This document shows positions 1 to 13,724 of a DNA stretch of 64,000 nt, piece after piece (position 1 is the first letter of the stretch; each line of letters starts with the position of its first letter). Made by a program: the position numbers and the translations under genes. Location of the stretch: NCBI RefSeq assembly GCF_030144855.1, contig NC_082712.1, positions 90,334,001 to 90,398,000 of the forward strand, in the 5' to 3' direction. The notes below the pieces were generated by a model. The model ran no database searches. It saw nothing but the letters and a program-made list of their open reading frames with translations, and was not told where the DNA came from. This stretch comes from Hypanus sabinus (taxonomy: Eukaryota).

Positions 1-1229
1 GTAGGTACTGAGGGGATGTCATAGGTAGGTTTTTCACACACAGAGTGGTGGGTGTGTGGAATGCACAGTGGTGGAGACAGGTTACAATAGGGTATTTTAT
101 GAGACTCTTAGATAGGTACATGGAGTTTAGAAAAGTAAGGAAATTCTAGGCAGTTTCTAGAGTAGGTTACCTGGTTGGAACAACATTGTGGATTGAAGGT
201 CCTGTAATGTGCAGTAGATTTGTATGTTCTGTACTGAGCATTCAGAGATGTTCTTCTGCACATCACTGTTGTATCCTCCATCATTACATGCCACATCAAA
301 TCTGCAGATGCTGGAAGTCCAAGCAACGTACTCAAGATGCCAGAGGAACTCAGCAGGCCAGGCAGAATATATGTACAGAAAAAAGTACAGTCAACATTTC
401 TGGCCAAGAACTGTCCTGCTGAAACGTCAATGTAGTCTTTTCGATAGATGCTACCTGGCCAACTGAGTTCCTCCAGCATTTTGTGTGTCTTGGGCCATCA
501 CAGTCTTGACCATGATTTGTACATTTTCTTCAAATAATTTTACAGAAGTGGTTTGCCATTGCCTTCTTCTGGGCAACGTCTTTACAAGATGGGTGACCAC
601 AGCCATTATCAATACTCTTCAGAGATTATCTGCCTGGCATCAGTGTTTGTATAGCCAGGACTTGTGATATGCACCAGCCATCCACCACGTTCATGTGATT
701 CTGATTGGGGGGGGGGGTACTAAACAGGTGCTACACCTTGCCCAGGGTTGACCTGCGGAGGGAAGGAGTGCCTTACACCTCCTTTGGTAGAGACATATCC
801 CCACCCCAACACCCAACCATGGTAATGGTTATTCGAGTTACAGTCAGCTGGCCATTCTTCTCTGACCTCTCTCAATAACAAGGCACTTTCACCCACATAA
901 GTGCCACTCACTGGATGTTTTTGCTTTACACAATATTCTCCGTGAACTCTAGAGACTTGAACATGAAAATCCCAGGAGATCAGCAGTTTTAGAGATACTT
1001 AAACCTCTTTGTATGGCACTAACAATAATTCTTCCCCATTCTGATGTTTGGCCTAAACAACACCTGTATATATATATATTCTCTCTCTCTCTCTCTCTCT
1101 ACCCCCCCCCCCCCCCGCCTCCACCCAGCTTAATGGTGCATTACCGCCACCTTCTGCTCCAGAGTGTGCAATAAATCCCTTCATCCATCCAATCGCACAC
1201 ACATACACATACCCTAACCTGCACTTTAT

Positions 1230-2985
1230 CCTCCCATCTTTGGCCATCCTAGTACCCTATTCCTGTTTATCCATCATATCCTATAAAAAAACCCCTGCAA
1301 TTCTTAAGAAAGCTAAAAATACCCTGACCTGTGCTCTCTCACCCATGTCCAGCAACACTTTTAATGTGAATTCCTGCACCCCCAATTCCCTTAGATTAAT
1401 TCTCATCATCTCTCTCTGTATCCCATACTTCCTGCAACTCAGAACTACATATTCTACTGACTCCTCTTCCTGACATTCCTCACACGGTCCTGTCTGGTGT
1501 TTCCCTATCAATGTCAATGTTTGGTTTAGTGCACAGTGCCCCTAGTCCACACAGTTTCCTCTCTTCTGTATCTACTTCCTACCCCCGTACCTGCAACACT
1601 TTTTTGTATTTGATATAAATGCCTCCCTTTCCCCTCCCTGTCCCATCTTTCTTGCCACATTTGGTTGATTTTTTTTCCCCAGATTACACACTTAACCTCT
1701 GCTTTACTGATATTAATGTGCATTTCTATATTTTCTTTCTTTAACACCCTCTTTGCCAACTCATCCACCCTTTCATTGCCCTTCACCCCTACATGAGCTG
1801 GAACCCATAGAGATTTAACCTGACCTCCCTGATTTGCAACTCTTGTGACTGACTGAAGGACTTCATGAAGTACATCTTGCCGGCTGTTTGAGTGAGAAGA
1901 CCTTAAACTTGCTCGAACTGACGATGAATCTGAGCATATCAATGCTTTGACTAGTTTAGTTTTCTCCACCCAACCCAACGCAACCAACACTGCCATCGTC
2001 TCCACTGTATACACCGCTAACTTATCAGATGTTCTTCTGCTGATTGCAATTGCTTTTGCTGGTATAGCCACCCCAAACCTTGCCACTCCTGTTTCAGGTT
2101 CCTTAGCACCATCCGTATAAATCTGAGTGTAATCACTATAATTTTCCATCACATGACAGTTAAATGCACTTACCAAATCAGTTTTATATTTTCCTTTCCT
2201 TTTTACCTCTAACAAATGCCAGTCTACATCAGGCCATACAAGCTTCCATGGAGCTACAACCGGATTAACTACTGACAGACATATCCTTAGATCAAACACT
2301 CCACATGATCTGGCAATATCATTCCCTACCCGACTAAAGTTTTCCCTCTGAAACTTCCCATTTTCCCAGGACTCCTAAAACATTCCTTTAGCAGGGTGAG
2401 AATCATTGTGTCCCTGCAAATTAGCCCAGTAGTTTGCCATCAATTGTATCCTTCTTAATTCCAAAGGCATTATTCCCATTTCTACCTGCAGGTCTGATAC
2501 TGGTGATGTTTTAAAAGCCCCACGGCACACTCTCAAAACCTGAGCCTGAATCACATCCAGTTTCCTTATAAGAGACCTGGCTGCTGATCCATATGCTACA
2601 CTTCCATAATCCAACACAGATCTTACTAAAGCCACATACATTCTCTTTAATGCTGAACAACTTGCACCCCATTCCCTACCAGTCAAACATCTCATCACGT
2701 TTATTACTTTTTAACATTTCTCCTCAACTTTCCTGATATGGTCTGCCCATGTTAATCGTGAATCAAATATAACTCCCAGAAATTTAAATGGTCCAACCCT
2801 TTTTAATTCAATCCCATATATCCTTAACTTCTTCCCTACCTCAATTCTTTTCCTGGTGAAAAATACAGTTTGAGTTTTTTCTACTGAAAATCTACATCCC
2901 CAATCATTACCCCACTCTATCACTTCATCAATTGCTCCTTGTAGTTTCCTGATAATATGCTCCATGTCCCTGCCTCTTTTCAACT
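1230..2985 (-). mobile_element. RNase H-containing LINE fragment (I/Nimb-like), 5'-truncated and decayed
   Basis: RT C-terminus (2711-2983, 2375-2698), RNase H IYTDGAK..WVPAHVGVKGNERVD (1526-2299), and a C-terminal CxxC..C motif. It is inserted in a Tc1-type MITE. Confidence 0.85.
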
Positions 2986-3118
2986 GAACCTCTCGATGAT
3001 GTTTGCTTGCTTTTATGCATTGAGTTGTTGCTGCATGATCGGCTGATCAGATATTTGCATTAACGAGCAGTTGCACCTGATAAAGTGGCCACTGAGTGTA
3101 GACTTAGAGGCATTTTAC

Positions 3119-3214
3119 CTTTTTTATATTCCTTCGTCATCAGAAAGGTCAGCAAGTACACGAGGAGGAGGAGTGCTGAAACCACAGGCAGAACAAAGTG
3201 TCAGTACGCCTGAT
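3119..3214 (-). pseudogene. TM exon with an in-frame nonsense codon (DQAY*HFVLPVVSALLLLVYLLTFLMTKEYKK)
   Basis: Acceptor catctttattttgcag|AT, donor AAAG|gtaaaa, 96 nt, phase 1-1. A 20-residue hydrophobic run is followed by K/E/K/K, with TGA at 3203-3201. Confidence 0.75.
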
Positions 3215-3699
3215 CTGCAAAATAAAGATGTGTCTTTGCAAAAGATGAAACATGACTAAAACTGTGCCACACCTCATGGTGCCTGACAGCATGCAGGTTA
3301 AGCACACTGACCAGCAGTGTAATGGTCAATAAGGGGAGGCGAGAGATCCTGATGAGATTTCTGGCAGTGAACAGGGAGAGCTGGATAGTCAGTCCTGTGG
3401 ATGAGGGGGGCGGTTTCTTACATTAGTGGTCGTCAGACTATAAAGACGTAGTACAGGGCCTTCGGCACACAATTTTGTGCTGACTATAACCCAGTGTGCA
3501 GAAGTGTTAGGTACATGTAAAAAAAATCTGTAAAGTAAAGATGCCTTCAAAAATAATGCAATGAAAAGTTTCTGAATACCAAAACAAAATACTATAAAGA
3601 GCAGCAAACATTAAAAAAATAAATTAGGTCAATATTTGGTGTGACCACCTTTTAAACTGCATCAATTCTCTTGCAGGTACACTTTTGTGACGTTAGAAA

Positions 3700-5185
3700 C
3701 ATAGTAAACATATAGCACAATACAGGCCATTCAGCCCACAAACATGAACCTACCTTAGAACTACCTAGGCCGGGGGTCGGCAACCTGCGGCTCCCGAGCC
3801 ATTTGTGGCTCTTTCACCTCTGTGCTGCGGCTCCCTGTTGCTTTGGGAAATAATTGGTCAGTATTTAATTAAAATGTATTTTATGTTAGTTTGTTAGCTT
3901 TTGAAATGTAATTCTAAATTTGAAGATTATGGTGATCTTGTACAATCTAAGTGTGGCGACACATTTCCTCACAATTAGCCAGCATTCCGGCTAAGGGAGA
4001 TAGCCTACGGGGGTTTGTGAGTACGCGTCTTTTGCAGCATCTGCGTCCATGGGGGCTGGGTTGAGGGAGGCTTAAAAGCAAGGCTGTTTAGTTCGAATAA
4101 AGTTACCTTTGACTGCAGTCTTTATTTTAGCGCTGCGTGTAGCGCTACACCGCTACAACGTGTTTTTTATCGCTATTAATATACATCACCACTGCCAATG
4201 CCTGACACCCGCCAGTGCGCGCTTTCTTTTAATTCTTCGATCCAAGGTAGGCTACCTATGTAGTAACCTTCAACCCAACGTCTTTTTTTCGGAGTTCAAA
4301 ATGTTTTTGTTGCATGCAGAAATGTAATTTCGTTTTCTCTGCAGGAGTTCATCAATTTCAAAAATGCAACACATTATAGTTTGTTTATACATAGCATAAA
4401 GGCAAAAAAACCCCGTTGTATGCAGTGTTATTTCATTTTGTGGCTCCCAGTGTTTTCTTTTCTGTGGGAAATGGGTCCATATTGGCTCTTTTAGTGGTAA
4501 ACGTTGCCGACCCCTGACCTAGGCTTTACCCATAGCCCTCTATTCTTCTAAGCTCCATGTACCTATCCAGGAGTCTCTTAAAAGACCCTTCCGTATCCAC
4601 CTCCACCATTGCTGCCAGCCATTCCATGCACTCACCACTCTGTGCGTAAAAAACTTACCCCTGACGTCTCCTCTGTACCTACTTCTGTGCATCTTAAAAC
4701 TATGCGCTCTCGTGCCAACCACTTCAGCCCTGGGGAAAAGCCTCTGACTATCCACATGATCAATGCCTCTCATCATCTTGTACACCTCTATCAGGTCACC
4801 TCTCATCCTCCATCACTCCAAAGAAAAAAGGCCGAGTTCACTCAACCTATTCTCATAAGGCATGCTCCCCAATCTGGGCAACATCCTTGTAAATCTCGTC
4901 TGCACCCTTTCTAAGGTTTCCACATCCTTCCTATAGTGAGGCGACCAGAACTGAGCACCGTACTCCAAGTGGGGTCTGACCAGTGTCCTATATAGCTACA
5001 ACATTACCTCTCAGCTCTTAAACTCAATCCCAGGATTGATGAAGGCCAATGCACCTTCTTAACCATAGAGTCAACCTGCGTAGCAGCTTTGAGTGTCCTA
5101 TGCACTCGGACCCCAAGATCCCTCTGATCCTCCACACTGCCAAGAGTCTTACTATTAATACTACCATCATATTTGACCTACTAAA
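3700..5185 (-). mobile_element. CR1 LINE 3' fragment
   Basis: RT C-terminus MRGDLIEVYKMMRG..KFFT and an (agaaacat)-type tail near 3700. Confidence 0.9.
3771..4516. mobile_element. Non-autonomous hAT element with TIRs and an 8-bp TSD
   Basis: TIRs cgggggtcggcaac / gttgccgacccctg (13 of 14 match). TSD acctaggc at 3763-3770 and 4517-4524. Confidence 0.92.
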
Positions 5186-5765
5186 ATGAACCAATTTTAT
5201 AAGAAGATTGGCAGGTATGTTGTTCAAAGCATCTTGGAGAACTTTCCACAGTTCTTCTTCAGACTCTGGCTGCCTCGCTTGCTTCTGTCTCTCCAGGTAA
5301 TCTCAGACAGCCTCAGTGATGTTGAGATCTGGACTCTTTGAAGGCCATACCATATAAAAATTCCAGGTTGCTTGGGACTTCTGCATAGTACTGTATTCCA
5401 TTGTCAATCTAACTCTTCCATCCTCCATAACCCTCCATTTTTCTATCATCTATGTCTCTACCCAAGTCTTTTAAATGCTCTTATTGGCCAGAAAGAATGA
5501 CAATCTACAAATCAGTGAATTCAAATAATTCAAGGACAGTGGAAACAGACAGACAAATTGTCTTTGTTCTTGTCGTATGCTTGGGGATGGAGGCTGCCAT
5601 TTTGTGAAGACACTCCACTTTGTGAGCTTGACATGCTGAGCTTGATCAATGTTTTAAAGAAGACACAATGATTCTTCAGGTAATCTGCTGGACTGGAGAT
5701 TATTTCCAAACAAGAAGTTATTAGTGAGATGTTCTTTGGTTGGCTATAAAATGCAAGTTTGTGAA

Positions 5766-6307
5766 TGTTGGGATTGATGCTTGCCGGAAGTGATTCGAGC
5801 TCATTGCTGATTGAGAACAAAGAGCCATAAATTATCGACTGTCACTTGATGGGAAGAGGGCAATAAATGGATGCTGGCTTGGAGCAGAGCCAATAACAAG
5901 GTGTTAAAGGACAGACACATGGCCTGTGGCCAATGACATTGGAATGTGATATTTGCATTGATCAGGAATGCATATAAAAGTGAATGCTTCCCGTGTGCTG
6001 GCAGCAGTAACTTCAAAGAACAACCATCGTGGATACAAGCATGAGCAACCCTGTGTGAAACACGTGGCGAGTGCCTCGGGACTACATGGAACGCCTGGCC
6101 AGCATAAACTCCTTTGCCCGGGTAATACCTTTGCTATTCTTTGACTGTTCAGGAGAGTCAGGAATATCTAGTGAGTGTGCACACAAGGTATTTAGTGCAT
6201 GAATTCACATACTTATTAGTTTAAACAATAAAGGTGCTTGTCAGTAAATACAGATCTCTCTGTGCCTCATTAATCATCGTTATAAGTAGTAAGTATTTTT
6301 TTCAACA
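5766..6307 (+). mobile_element. Probable solo LTR
   Basis: TGTTG...CAACA termini, internal CCAAT x2, octamer, TATAAAA and AATAAA (6227-6232) in U3-R-U5 order. No matching TSD found. Confidence 0.45.
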
Positions 6308-7724
6308 CTGCCTCTGGCACCACTCCCGGCAGTTTGTTCATCCATCCACCGCTCTTTATGTAAGAAACCTATCCCACCCTATACTTTCCTCCCAACATCT
6401 TAAAGTTATGCCCCCTTGTTCTGGTCATTTCTGCCCTGGGAAAAAGTCTCTGGCTGTTCACTCAGACTATGCCTCTTATAATCTTGTACACCTCTCCTCC
6501 TCCTTCGGTCTAAAGAGAAAAGCCCTGGTTCACTCACCGTATCCTCATAAGACGTGCTCTCTACAAGATTGAGTATGTTAGGGCTTTATTCCTTGGAATG
6601 TAGAAGATTAAGGGGAGATTTGATAGAGGTGTACAAACTTATGATGAGTATAGATAGGGTAAATGCAAGCAGGCTTTTTCACTGAGGTTGGGTGGGACAA
6701 CAATGAGAGGTCATGGGTTAAGGGTTAAGGGTGAAAGGTGAAAAGTTTTAAGGGGAATATGAGGGGAAACTTCTTCACTCGGTGGGTCAGGAGAGAACCA
6801 GCACAAGTGGTGCATGCAAACTCGACTTCAATGCTTAAGAGAAGTTTAGATAGGTACATTGATGACAGGGGTATGGAGGGCTATGGGACTAGGCAGTTTA
6901 AATGGTTCAGCATGGACTTTATAGGCTGAAGGGCCTGTTTCTGTGCTTCAACTCCATTTTGTAAAACAACATTCCCCATTGGAGGCTCATTGAGACACAG
7001 GATCCGTGGTAACATGGCGGCATGGATTCAGAATGGTAGAATGGTGGTAACAGATAGAGCATACTTTGCCTGGAGTTTAGTGACCAGTGCTGTTCCCCAG
7101 GCATCAGTGCCAGGACCTCTGCTCTTTGTGGCTTTAGTAAATGGTTGGGATGAGGAAGTGGAAGGGTGGATTCACAAGTTTGTGGACAATGTGAAGGGTG
7201 GTGGAGTTGTGTAGAAGGTTGTCATAAGTTACAGTAGGACATTGACAGGATGCAGGGCTGGGCTGAGAAGCAGCAGATGGATATCAATTTAGAAAAGAGT
7301 GATGTGATCCACAATCTAAATGTAATTTTTTTTGATATATCTTTTATTCTTGTTGGAGGTTTGATGCTTATTTTTAGAAGCTTTTTATATGACGCATGGC
7401 TCCGGGGTTTTACCCCCCAAGGGGTTTCTTTTTTTCCCCTCACTTTTCTTGCTTAGTAGGGGTTTTTTTTACTCAAAAAAATTTTCAATCCTTAAGATAA
7501 TTTCTTCTTTTTTGAGGCATTATAAGTGTTGTTACTTCAATGTACTTGTGCTATTTTTGGATAATAATAATAATAATAAAAAGATTTGAAAGGAAAGAAA
7601 GAAAGTGCAGAGGAGATTCACCAAGATGCTCCTGGATTAGTCAGCATGTCTTATGAGCAATGGTGAGGAAGCTAGGACTTTTCTCACTGGAGTGAAGGAG
7701 GATGAGATGTGAACAACATGATAA

Positions 7725-10700
7725 GAAACATAGAAGCATAGAAAATAGGTGCAGGAATAGGCCATTCGGCCCTTCGAGCCTGCATCACCATTCAGTATGA
7801 TCATGGCTGATCATCCAACTCAGAACCCTGTACCTGCTTTCTCTCCATACCCCCGATCCCTTTAGCCACAAGGGTCATATCTAACTTCCTCTTAAATATA
7901 GCCAATGAACTGCCTCAACTGTTTACTGTGGCAGAGAATTCCACAGATTCACCACTCTCTGTGTGAAGAAGTTTTTCCTCATCTCGGTCCTAAAAAGCTT
8001 TCCCTTTATCCTTAAACTGTGACCCCTTGTTCTGGACTTCCTCAACATCAGAAACAATCTTCCTGCATCTAGCCTGTACAATCCCTTTAGAATTTTATAC
8101 ATTTCAATAAGATCCCCCCTCAATCTACTAAATTCCAGCGAGTATAAGCCTAGTCAATCCAGTCTTTCTTCATATGAAAGTCCTGCCATCCCAGGAATCA
8201 ATCTGGTGAGCCTTCTCTGTACTCCCTCTATGGCGAGAATGTCTTTCCTCAGATTAGGGGACCAAAACTGCACACAGTATTCTAGGTGTGGTCTCACCAA
8301 GGCCTTGTACAACTGCAGTAGAACCTCCCTGCTCCTATACTCGAATCCTTTTGCTATGAATGCCAACATACCATTTGCCTTTTTCACCGCCTGCTGTATC
8401 TGCATGCCCACCTTCAATGACTGGTGTACAATGACACCCAGGTCTCGTTGCACCTCCCCTTTTCCTAATCAGTCACCATTCAGATAATAATCTGTTTTCC
8501 TGTTCTTGCAACCAAAGTGAATAACCTCACATTTATCCACATTAGATTGCATCTGCCATGAATTTGCCCACTCATCTAACCTATCCAAGTCACCCTGCAT
8601 CCTCTTAGCATCCTCCTCACAACTAACACCGCCGCCCAGCTTCATGTCATCTGCAAACTTGGAGATGCTGCATTTAATTCCCTAGTCTAAATCATTAATA
8701 TATATTGTAAACAACTGGGGTCCCAGCACTGAGCCTTGCGGTACCCCACTAGTCACCGCCTGCCATTCTGAAAAGGTCCCATTTACTCCCACTCTTTGTT
8801 TCCTGTCTGCCAACCAATTCTCTATCCACATCAATACCATACCCCCAATAACGTGTGCTTTAAGTTTGCACACTAATTTCCCGTGTGGGACCTTGTCAAA
8901 AGCCTTTTGAAAATCCAAATACACTACATCTACTGGCTCTCCTCTCTCCACTCTACTAGTTACATCTTCAAAAAATTCTATAAGATTCATCAGACATGAT
9001 TTTCCTTTCACAAATCCATGCTGACTTTGTCCTATGATTTCACCGCTTTCCAAATGTGCTGTTATCACATCTTTGATAACCGACTCTAGCATTTTCCCCA
9101 CCACGGATGTCAGGCCAACCAGTCTATAATTCCCTGGTTTTTCTCTCCCTCCTTTTTTAAAAAGTGGGGTTACATTAGCCACCCTCCAATCCTCAGGAAC
9201 TAATCCAGAATCTAGAGAGTTGTGAAAAATTATCACTAATGCATCCACTACTTCTTGAGCTACTTCCTTAAGCACTCTGGGATGCGGACCATCTGGCTCT
9301 GGGGATTTATCTGCCTTTAATCCCTTCAATTTATCTAACACCACTTCCCTGCTAACATGTATTTCCCTCAGTTCCTCCATCTCACTAGACCCTCGGTCCC
9401 CTACTATTTCCGGAAGATTATTTATGTCCTCCTTAGTGAAGACAGAACCAAAATAGTTATTCAATTGGTCTGCCATGTCCTTGTTCCCCATGATCAATTC
9501 ACCTGTTTCTGACTGTAAGGAACCTACATTTGTCTTAACCAATCTTTTTCTTTTCACATATCTATAAAAGCTGTTCTCTGCCAGCTTTCTCTCATAATCT
9601 TTTTCCCTTTCCTAATTAAGCCCTTTGTCCTCTTCTGCTGGACTCTGAATTTCTCCCAATCCTCAGGTGTGTCGCTTTTTCTGGCTAATTTATATGTTTC
9701 TTCTTTGGAATTCATACTATCCCTAATTTCCCTTGTCAGCCACGGGTGCATTGCCTTCCCTGGTTTATTCTTTTGCCAAACTGGGATGAACAATTGCTGT
9801 AGTTCATCCATGTGATCTTTGCCTATCCATTGCATATCCACCATCAACCCCTTAAGTATCATTTGCCAGTCTATCTTAGCTAATTCACTTCTCATACCTT
9901 CAAAGTTACCATTCTTTAAGTTCAGAACCTTTGTTTCTGAATTAACTATGTCACTCTCCATCTTAATGAAGAATTCCACTATATTATGGTCACTCTTACC
10001 CAAGGGGCCTCGCACAACAAAATTACTAACTAACCCTTCCTCATTGCTCGATACCCAATCTAGAATGGCCTGCTCTCTAGTTGGTTCCTCGACATGTTGG
10101 TTCAGAAAACCATCCCGCATACATTCCAAGAAATCATCTTCCTCAGCACCCTTACCAATTTGGTTCACCCAATCTATATGTAGATTGAAGTCACCCATTA
10201 TAACTGCTGTTCCTTTATTGCATGCATTTCTAATTTCCTGTTTAATACCATCCCCAACCTCACTGCTACTGTTAGGTGGCCTGTACACAACTCCCACCAG
10301 CATTTTCTGCCCTTTAGTGTTATGCAGCTATACCTATATCGATTCCACATCCTGCAGGCTAATGTCCTTCCTTTCTATTGCGTTAAACTCCTCTCTATCC
10401 AGCAATGCTACCCCATCTCCTTTTCTTTCCTGTCTATCCCTCCGGAATATTGAATATCCCTGGATGTTGAGCTCCCATCCTTGGTCACCCTGGAGCCATG
10501 TTTCTGTGATCCCAACTATATCATATTCATTAATAACTATCTGCACATTCAATTCATCCACCTTGTTACGAATGCTCCTCGCATTGACATACAAAGCCCT
10601 CAGGCTTGTTTTTACAACACTCTTAGTCCTTGTATAATTTGTGTTGAAAAGTGGCCCTTTTTGATTTTTGCCCTGGATTTGCCTGCCTGCCACTTTTACT

Positions 10701-11010
10701 TTTCACCTTATTACTTTTTGCTTCTACCCTCATTTTACAACCCCCTGCCACATTAGTTTAAATCCTCCTGAACAACAGTAGCAAACGTTCCCCCTAAGAC
10801 ATTGGTTCCAGTCCAGCCCAGGTGCAGACCGTCCTGTTTGTACAGGTCCCAGCTCCTCCAGAACTCGTTCCAATGCCCCAGGAATTTGAATCCCTCCCAT
10901 GCACCATTTTTCAAGCCACGTATTCATCTGAAATATCCTCCTATTTCTACTCTGACTAGCACGTGGCACTGGTAGTAATCCAGAAATTATTATCTTTGTG
11001 GTCCTACTTT
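7725..11010 (-). mobile_element. Long CR1 LINE: ORF1 esterase remnant plus broken ORF2 (APE endonuclease and RT)
   Basis: LYVNARSIRNK and VYRPPNS..MGDFN (endonuclease), [31 protein letters not shown] (RT), SGNH-like IISGLLPVPRAS at 10730-11010. Several stops and frameshifts. Confidence 0.93.
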
Positions 11011-11759
11011 TGGGGTAGTTTATGAGAGACACAGATAGAGTGGATAGCCAGCACCTCTTTCCCAGGACAGAAATGGCTGATGTGAGAGGACATACTTTTA
11101 AGGTAATTGGAGGAAAGCATCAGGGGTGGATGTCAGAGGCAGTTTTTTCACGCCAGTGCAAAGAGTGTGTGGAATGCCTTACCAGGGTGGTGATAGGGGC
11201 ATATACATTAGAGGTGGATACATGGATGAAAGGTGTATGGAGGACTATGCAGAAGGGAAGAGTGAGATTGATCTTGGAGGAGGTTAAAAGGTCAGTTCAA
11301 CATTGTGGGCTGAAGGGCCTGTACTGTTCTATGTTCTATACAAGTCTTTTACCATCATCCTCACAGCTTCGTGCCACCTACATAAGGACCCCATCAGCCA
11401 CTGTGTGCCTTCCTTTCATTACTACCATCAGGAACAGGAGCCTGAAGACACACACTCAACGTTTCAGGAACAGTTCCTTCCCCTCCAGCGAACGGCCCAT
11501 GAACCCATGAGCACGATCTCACTATCCCTCTGCAACTCACACAAAAGATTCAGAAGCTTCTAGATTCATCCAACTCCATCAAGTATACAACTCCCCCCCC
11601 CACCACCATTGGGGACATTTTCAAAAGGCAGTGCCTCAAGAATCCATGGTAGCATCCATCATTAAGGACCCTTACCACCCAGGGCATGTCATTTTCTCAT
11701 GACTACCATCAGGGAGAAGACACACACTCTTCTTCGATCTGTGCTAGTCATTCACTGAT

Positions 11760-12600
11760 TCAATTTAAAATTGTAGTAACAATTTAAAAACAGTTATTAT
11801 AAAAATATTAAATATTAATTTTATTATAAAAATTAAATATTATAAAAAATAGTAATTATTTGACGAAGGAGAGATTGTCTAAAATCTTTCCTAATGTTGA
11901 TAGTTATTGTGATAGATGTAAAACCAGGACAGCTACACTGACACACGTTTTGGTCTTGTTCTATACTGGAACAGTTTTGGAAGTAAGTTTTTCTATAATT
12001 TCTAAAGCACTTAAAATTAATTTATTACCTAACAAATTAACTGTGCTTTTTGGAATAATTCCTTAAAATATCTGTGGTAGTTCTTTGTCTGACCAACCTG
12101 TTATTACATTTGTTACATTGATAGCTGGGAGGGCCATTCTGTTGAAGTGGAAGGATACATCAGCTCCCACTCTTGTCACAATGGCTCTCTCAAGTGATGC
12201 TGTGTCTTAGTTTGGAAAAAAATTAGAAGTCGAACCTTCAAACCTATGTTTGATTTTGAGAAAAGATTGTATTCATTTGCTCGTTACTATCATTTGAGTT
12301 AATTGATTGATTTCCTCCATGATCTAATTGTAAATTTTGGTTTTTTCTTGCTGGCGGTTTGATGTTTATTTTTAGAAGCTTTTTGTCTGATGCATGGCTC
12401 CGGGGTTGAACACCCAATGGGTTCTTTTTTTCCCTCACCTTTCTTTGCTTTAGAAGGGTTTTTTTTTCTTTTTCTTTTTTTGTGTCACCAAATATTTCAA
12501 CATTTAAAACATTGTTTTTTTTCCTTTGAGACATTGTAAGTGTTACTTACTTTGATGTAATCTTGTTATTTTGGATAATAATAATAAAAAGATTTGAAAA
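11760..12600 (+). mobile_element. L1-clade LINE 3' fragment
   Basis: SKIFPNVDSYCDRCK..TLTH zinc-finger motif, T-rich 3' UTR and AATAAA/A-rich end. A related 3' UTR is at 7310-7600. Confidence 0.75.
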
Positions 12601-13648
12601 AAAAAGACACACACGCAACGTTTTAGGAACAGCTTCTCCCCCTCTGCCATCAGATTTCTGAATGGACATTGAACCCAGGAATGCTCCCTCACTGTTTTGC
12701 TCTCTTTAACACTAATTTATTATTTTTGAACATTTCTTATTGTAGCATATTTTATATTGTATACTGCCTTCACAAAGCAACAAATTTCATGACATATGCC
12801 AGTGATAATTAACCTGATTCTGATTCTAAGTGTGAGCACCGTAGTATGTTCCCCTCTGTTCTGTGAAAAGGGAACTTTCAACTCTGTTCTCTCTCCTTGC
12901 TGTTAGCTAGTCAGCTTTGTATGACTAAAAGCTGCAGCACTCACTGCGAGTGGGTACAATGGGTAGCATGACTATGATGGGCCAAAGGGCCTGTTTTCAT
13001 ACTGTATGATTAAAAGCAGCTGCAGTGATATATTTGGCACACCATGGTCACGCTAATATACCCACTCACAGTGGGACCTGGGGAGTGTTGCAGAACAGAG
13101 GGAGCGTGATGGAGTTCAGGTACGGTGCTGTGCTAAAGCCTTGGGCACATGCAGTGGGTAAGGGTGGAGCTCTGCGGGAGAGGTAGCAGAGAAGGAGTGC
13201 CAGGGGCTGGGGGTGCAAACACACCCAATCCTGAGACAGCAGACAAGGTCATTTGATTCTAGACAACTGGTTTATTGACCATCACAGAAAGTCTCTCTGG
13301 TGCATCTCACTCCCTCCGCTCTCCCTTCCCTTTTCCCAAACTATGATTCCCCTCTGCCAGTCCCCTTCCTGCTCTCAATCCACTATAGAGACCTATATCA
13401 GAATCAGGTTTATCATTACATTTCTCATGAAATTTGATTTGTTTTGTGGCAGCATTACAGAGCAATACATAACAGTACTCTGCAGAAGACTAACTATATA
13501 ACCCTAGCTCTATATATAAGGCTTTTGCACAGTACCGTACGTGGTACATTTGACTAGCTTAGATGGGCATCTTGGTCAGCATGTGCCAGTTGGGCTGAAT
13601 GGCCTGTTTCTGTGTTGTGTTACTCCATAACTCCCTAGTTTTACTTAC

Positions 13649-13724
13649 TCTGCAATGGAGGGACATTTTGTGTGCTCCACCCTATCCTCATAATCTCCCA
13701 CAGTTTGCCAATTCAAGATTTTGT
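13649..13724 (-). pseudogene. Candidate stalk exon of the minus-strand paralog
   Basis: Acceptor catatctag|AC and strong donor AGA|gtaagt in unique sequence between V3' and the TM exon. Open frame NKILNWQTVGDYEDRVEHTKCPSIA, but 76 nt (phase 1 to 2). Confidence 0.3.

Larger units (their letters stand above)
3600..5360 (-). mobile_element. Tc1 transposase 3' remnant split by a CR1 insertion
   Basis: The minus strand at 5185-5360 encodes a SPDLNI-type Tc1 C-terminal segment, which continues near 3600-3695 on the other side of the CR1. Confidence 0.65.

Noticed and set aside
3050-3065. Many ATTTGCAT octamers as Ig-type promoters
   Set aside because: Most copies (e.g. near 3053, 16194, 53362) are part of a recurrent Tc1-type MITE. 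Only the 5951 copy has promoter context.
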